DNA of 64,000 bases from Podarcis liolepis (Eukaryota). Below are positions 62,936-64,000 of the stretch, piece after piece (position 1 is the first letter of the stretch; each line of letters opens with the position of its first letter). The DNA lies in the NCBI GenBank assembly GCA_965112155.1, contig OZ218102.1; one strand, written 5' to 3'. The notes beneath the pieces are model-generated. The model saw nothing but the letters and a program-made list of their open reading frames with translations. It was not told where the DNA came from and did not search any database. The translations under genes were made by a program, and so were the position numbers.

Positions 62936-64000
62936 CTTGCCCTTATGGCATTTGCCTCTATTTGCATAGCTTCATGACAAGCAGGGCAGCTCCTCAGGTA
63001 AGTTAACCTTCCAGAATAATCAGTATCTTGAGGAGGAGCAGAAGTTCAGAGAAGTTCAGAAAATGTTTGATGCTTTATCTGACTCTGGTAAGGGGAGTTT
63101 AGAGATTCAGAGATTGTGTAAGAGATAGTCATGTGGTTTCTGCTGCTAAAGGCCATTGTGGATCTCACACAATGACTCACAAGTAAAGCTAAGCCAAATC
63201 ATGACTTGGCACAAATGCTCTGGCATACAGAGGAGGAGAGACTGTGATTGCTCCTCTGGGCCTGCTGCTTCAAGCTAAGCCTGGGCCCATGTCTGAAGCA
63301 AGACAAACCATGAGCTTAGGCTTACTTTACAACAGCAGGACTACAGAAGGAGCAAAGTAGATGTGAATTCTGAGAACCTGTGTTTCTGCACTGATCTATG
63401 AAATTCAACTCTGCCCCCCTCCACCTTTACAAATAAAAGTACCCTGAGAAAGGGGAACACCGTTGCAACAGCCTACCATTAACACCAATTTGTAGGAAAG
63501 GAATTATTTCACCCTGTGGTAGAACCACACATTGGCCCTTCCCTGTGTCTCAGCGTAAGGCAGAATTGGGAGTTATAAAGTTGTCCATTGTGGAAAGGTG
63601 GTCTTCACTTCCCATTTCCTAAGGTTGTATTGTGTGCTCCTGAATTTTAACAGACAGCTGCCATCCAGATAGGGACATTGTTTATAATATGATGAGATTT
63701 GATTAACTATCTAATAATTAACCACGAGGGATTTAAATTGCTTGTTCTGTGGACATTGGACCCTTTAGTCAGGACTATGAATCACAGTCGGTTCTGGGTT
63801 TATTGATTGTATAAGGAATGAGACAGCAGAATCTCTCTTGGCTTTTTTTAGTTCGTTTCAGGAGCACTTTGGGCAAGGGGGGGGGGACACAATGAGGTCA
63901 GTACTACTGCTGGTAGCTAGGGACAGGTCCAGTTTTTGTCTTTCATCCCGAGTAGTATTTTCATAGTTCCCGGCCCCCCTCCAACCTGGTTTGCTCACTC

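Overview
Vertebrate genomic DNA, almost certainly a squamate and probably a lacertid lizard: it carries a full-length Sauria SINE, CR1/L2 remnants and hAT/Tc1-type MITEs. The window is the NKX2-3 neighbourhood. About 16 kb of CpG- and motif-rich upstream regulatory DNA is followed by NKX2-3 (+, 2 exons), SLC25A28/mitoferrin-2 (-, 4 exons) head-to-head with ENTPD7 (+, 12 coding exons), an intact 81-aa V-ATPase subunit e gene (ATP6V0E2-like, -), and COX15 (-, 9 exons) head-to-head with CUTC (+, 9 exons). All six CDSs were reconstructed by hand with GT-AG junctions and consistent phase. The most notable feature is the ATP6V0E2-like gene between ENTPD7 and COX15, which are directly adjacent in human. 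It may be a retained whole-genome-duplication ohnolog position, since human ATP6V0E1 lies near NKX2-5. Other notable items: a helically phased CCAAT array in the SLC25A28/ENTPD7 promoter, a convergent CTCF motif pair, two substitutions in the NKX2-3 homeodomain, an LTR-like element with terminal inverted repeats in an ENTPD7 intron, and a dispersed repeat carrying a perfect 5' splice site. Comparisons to human proteins and gene order are from recall, not from a search. I found no evidence of a wholly new biochemical system.
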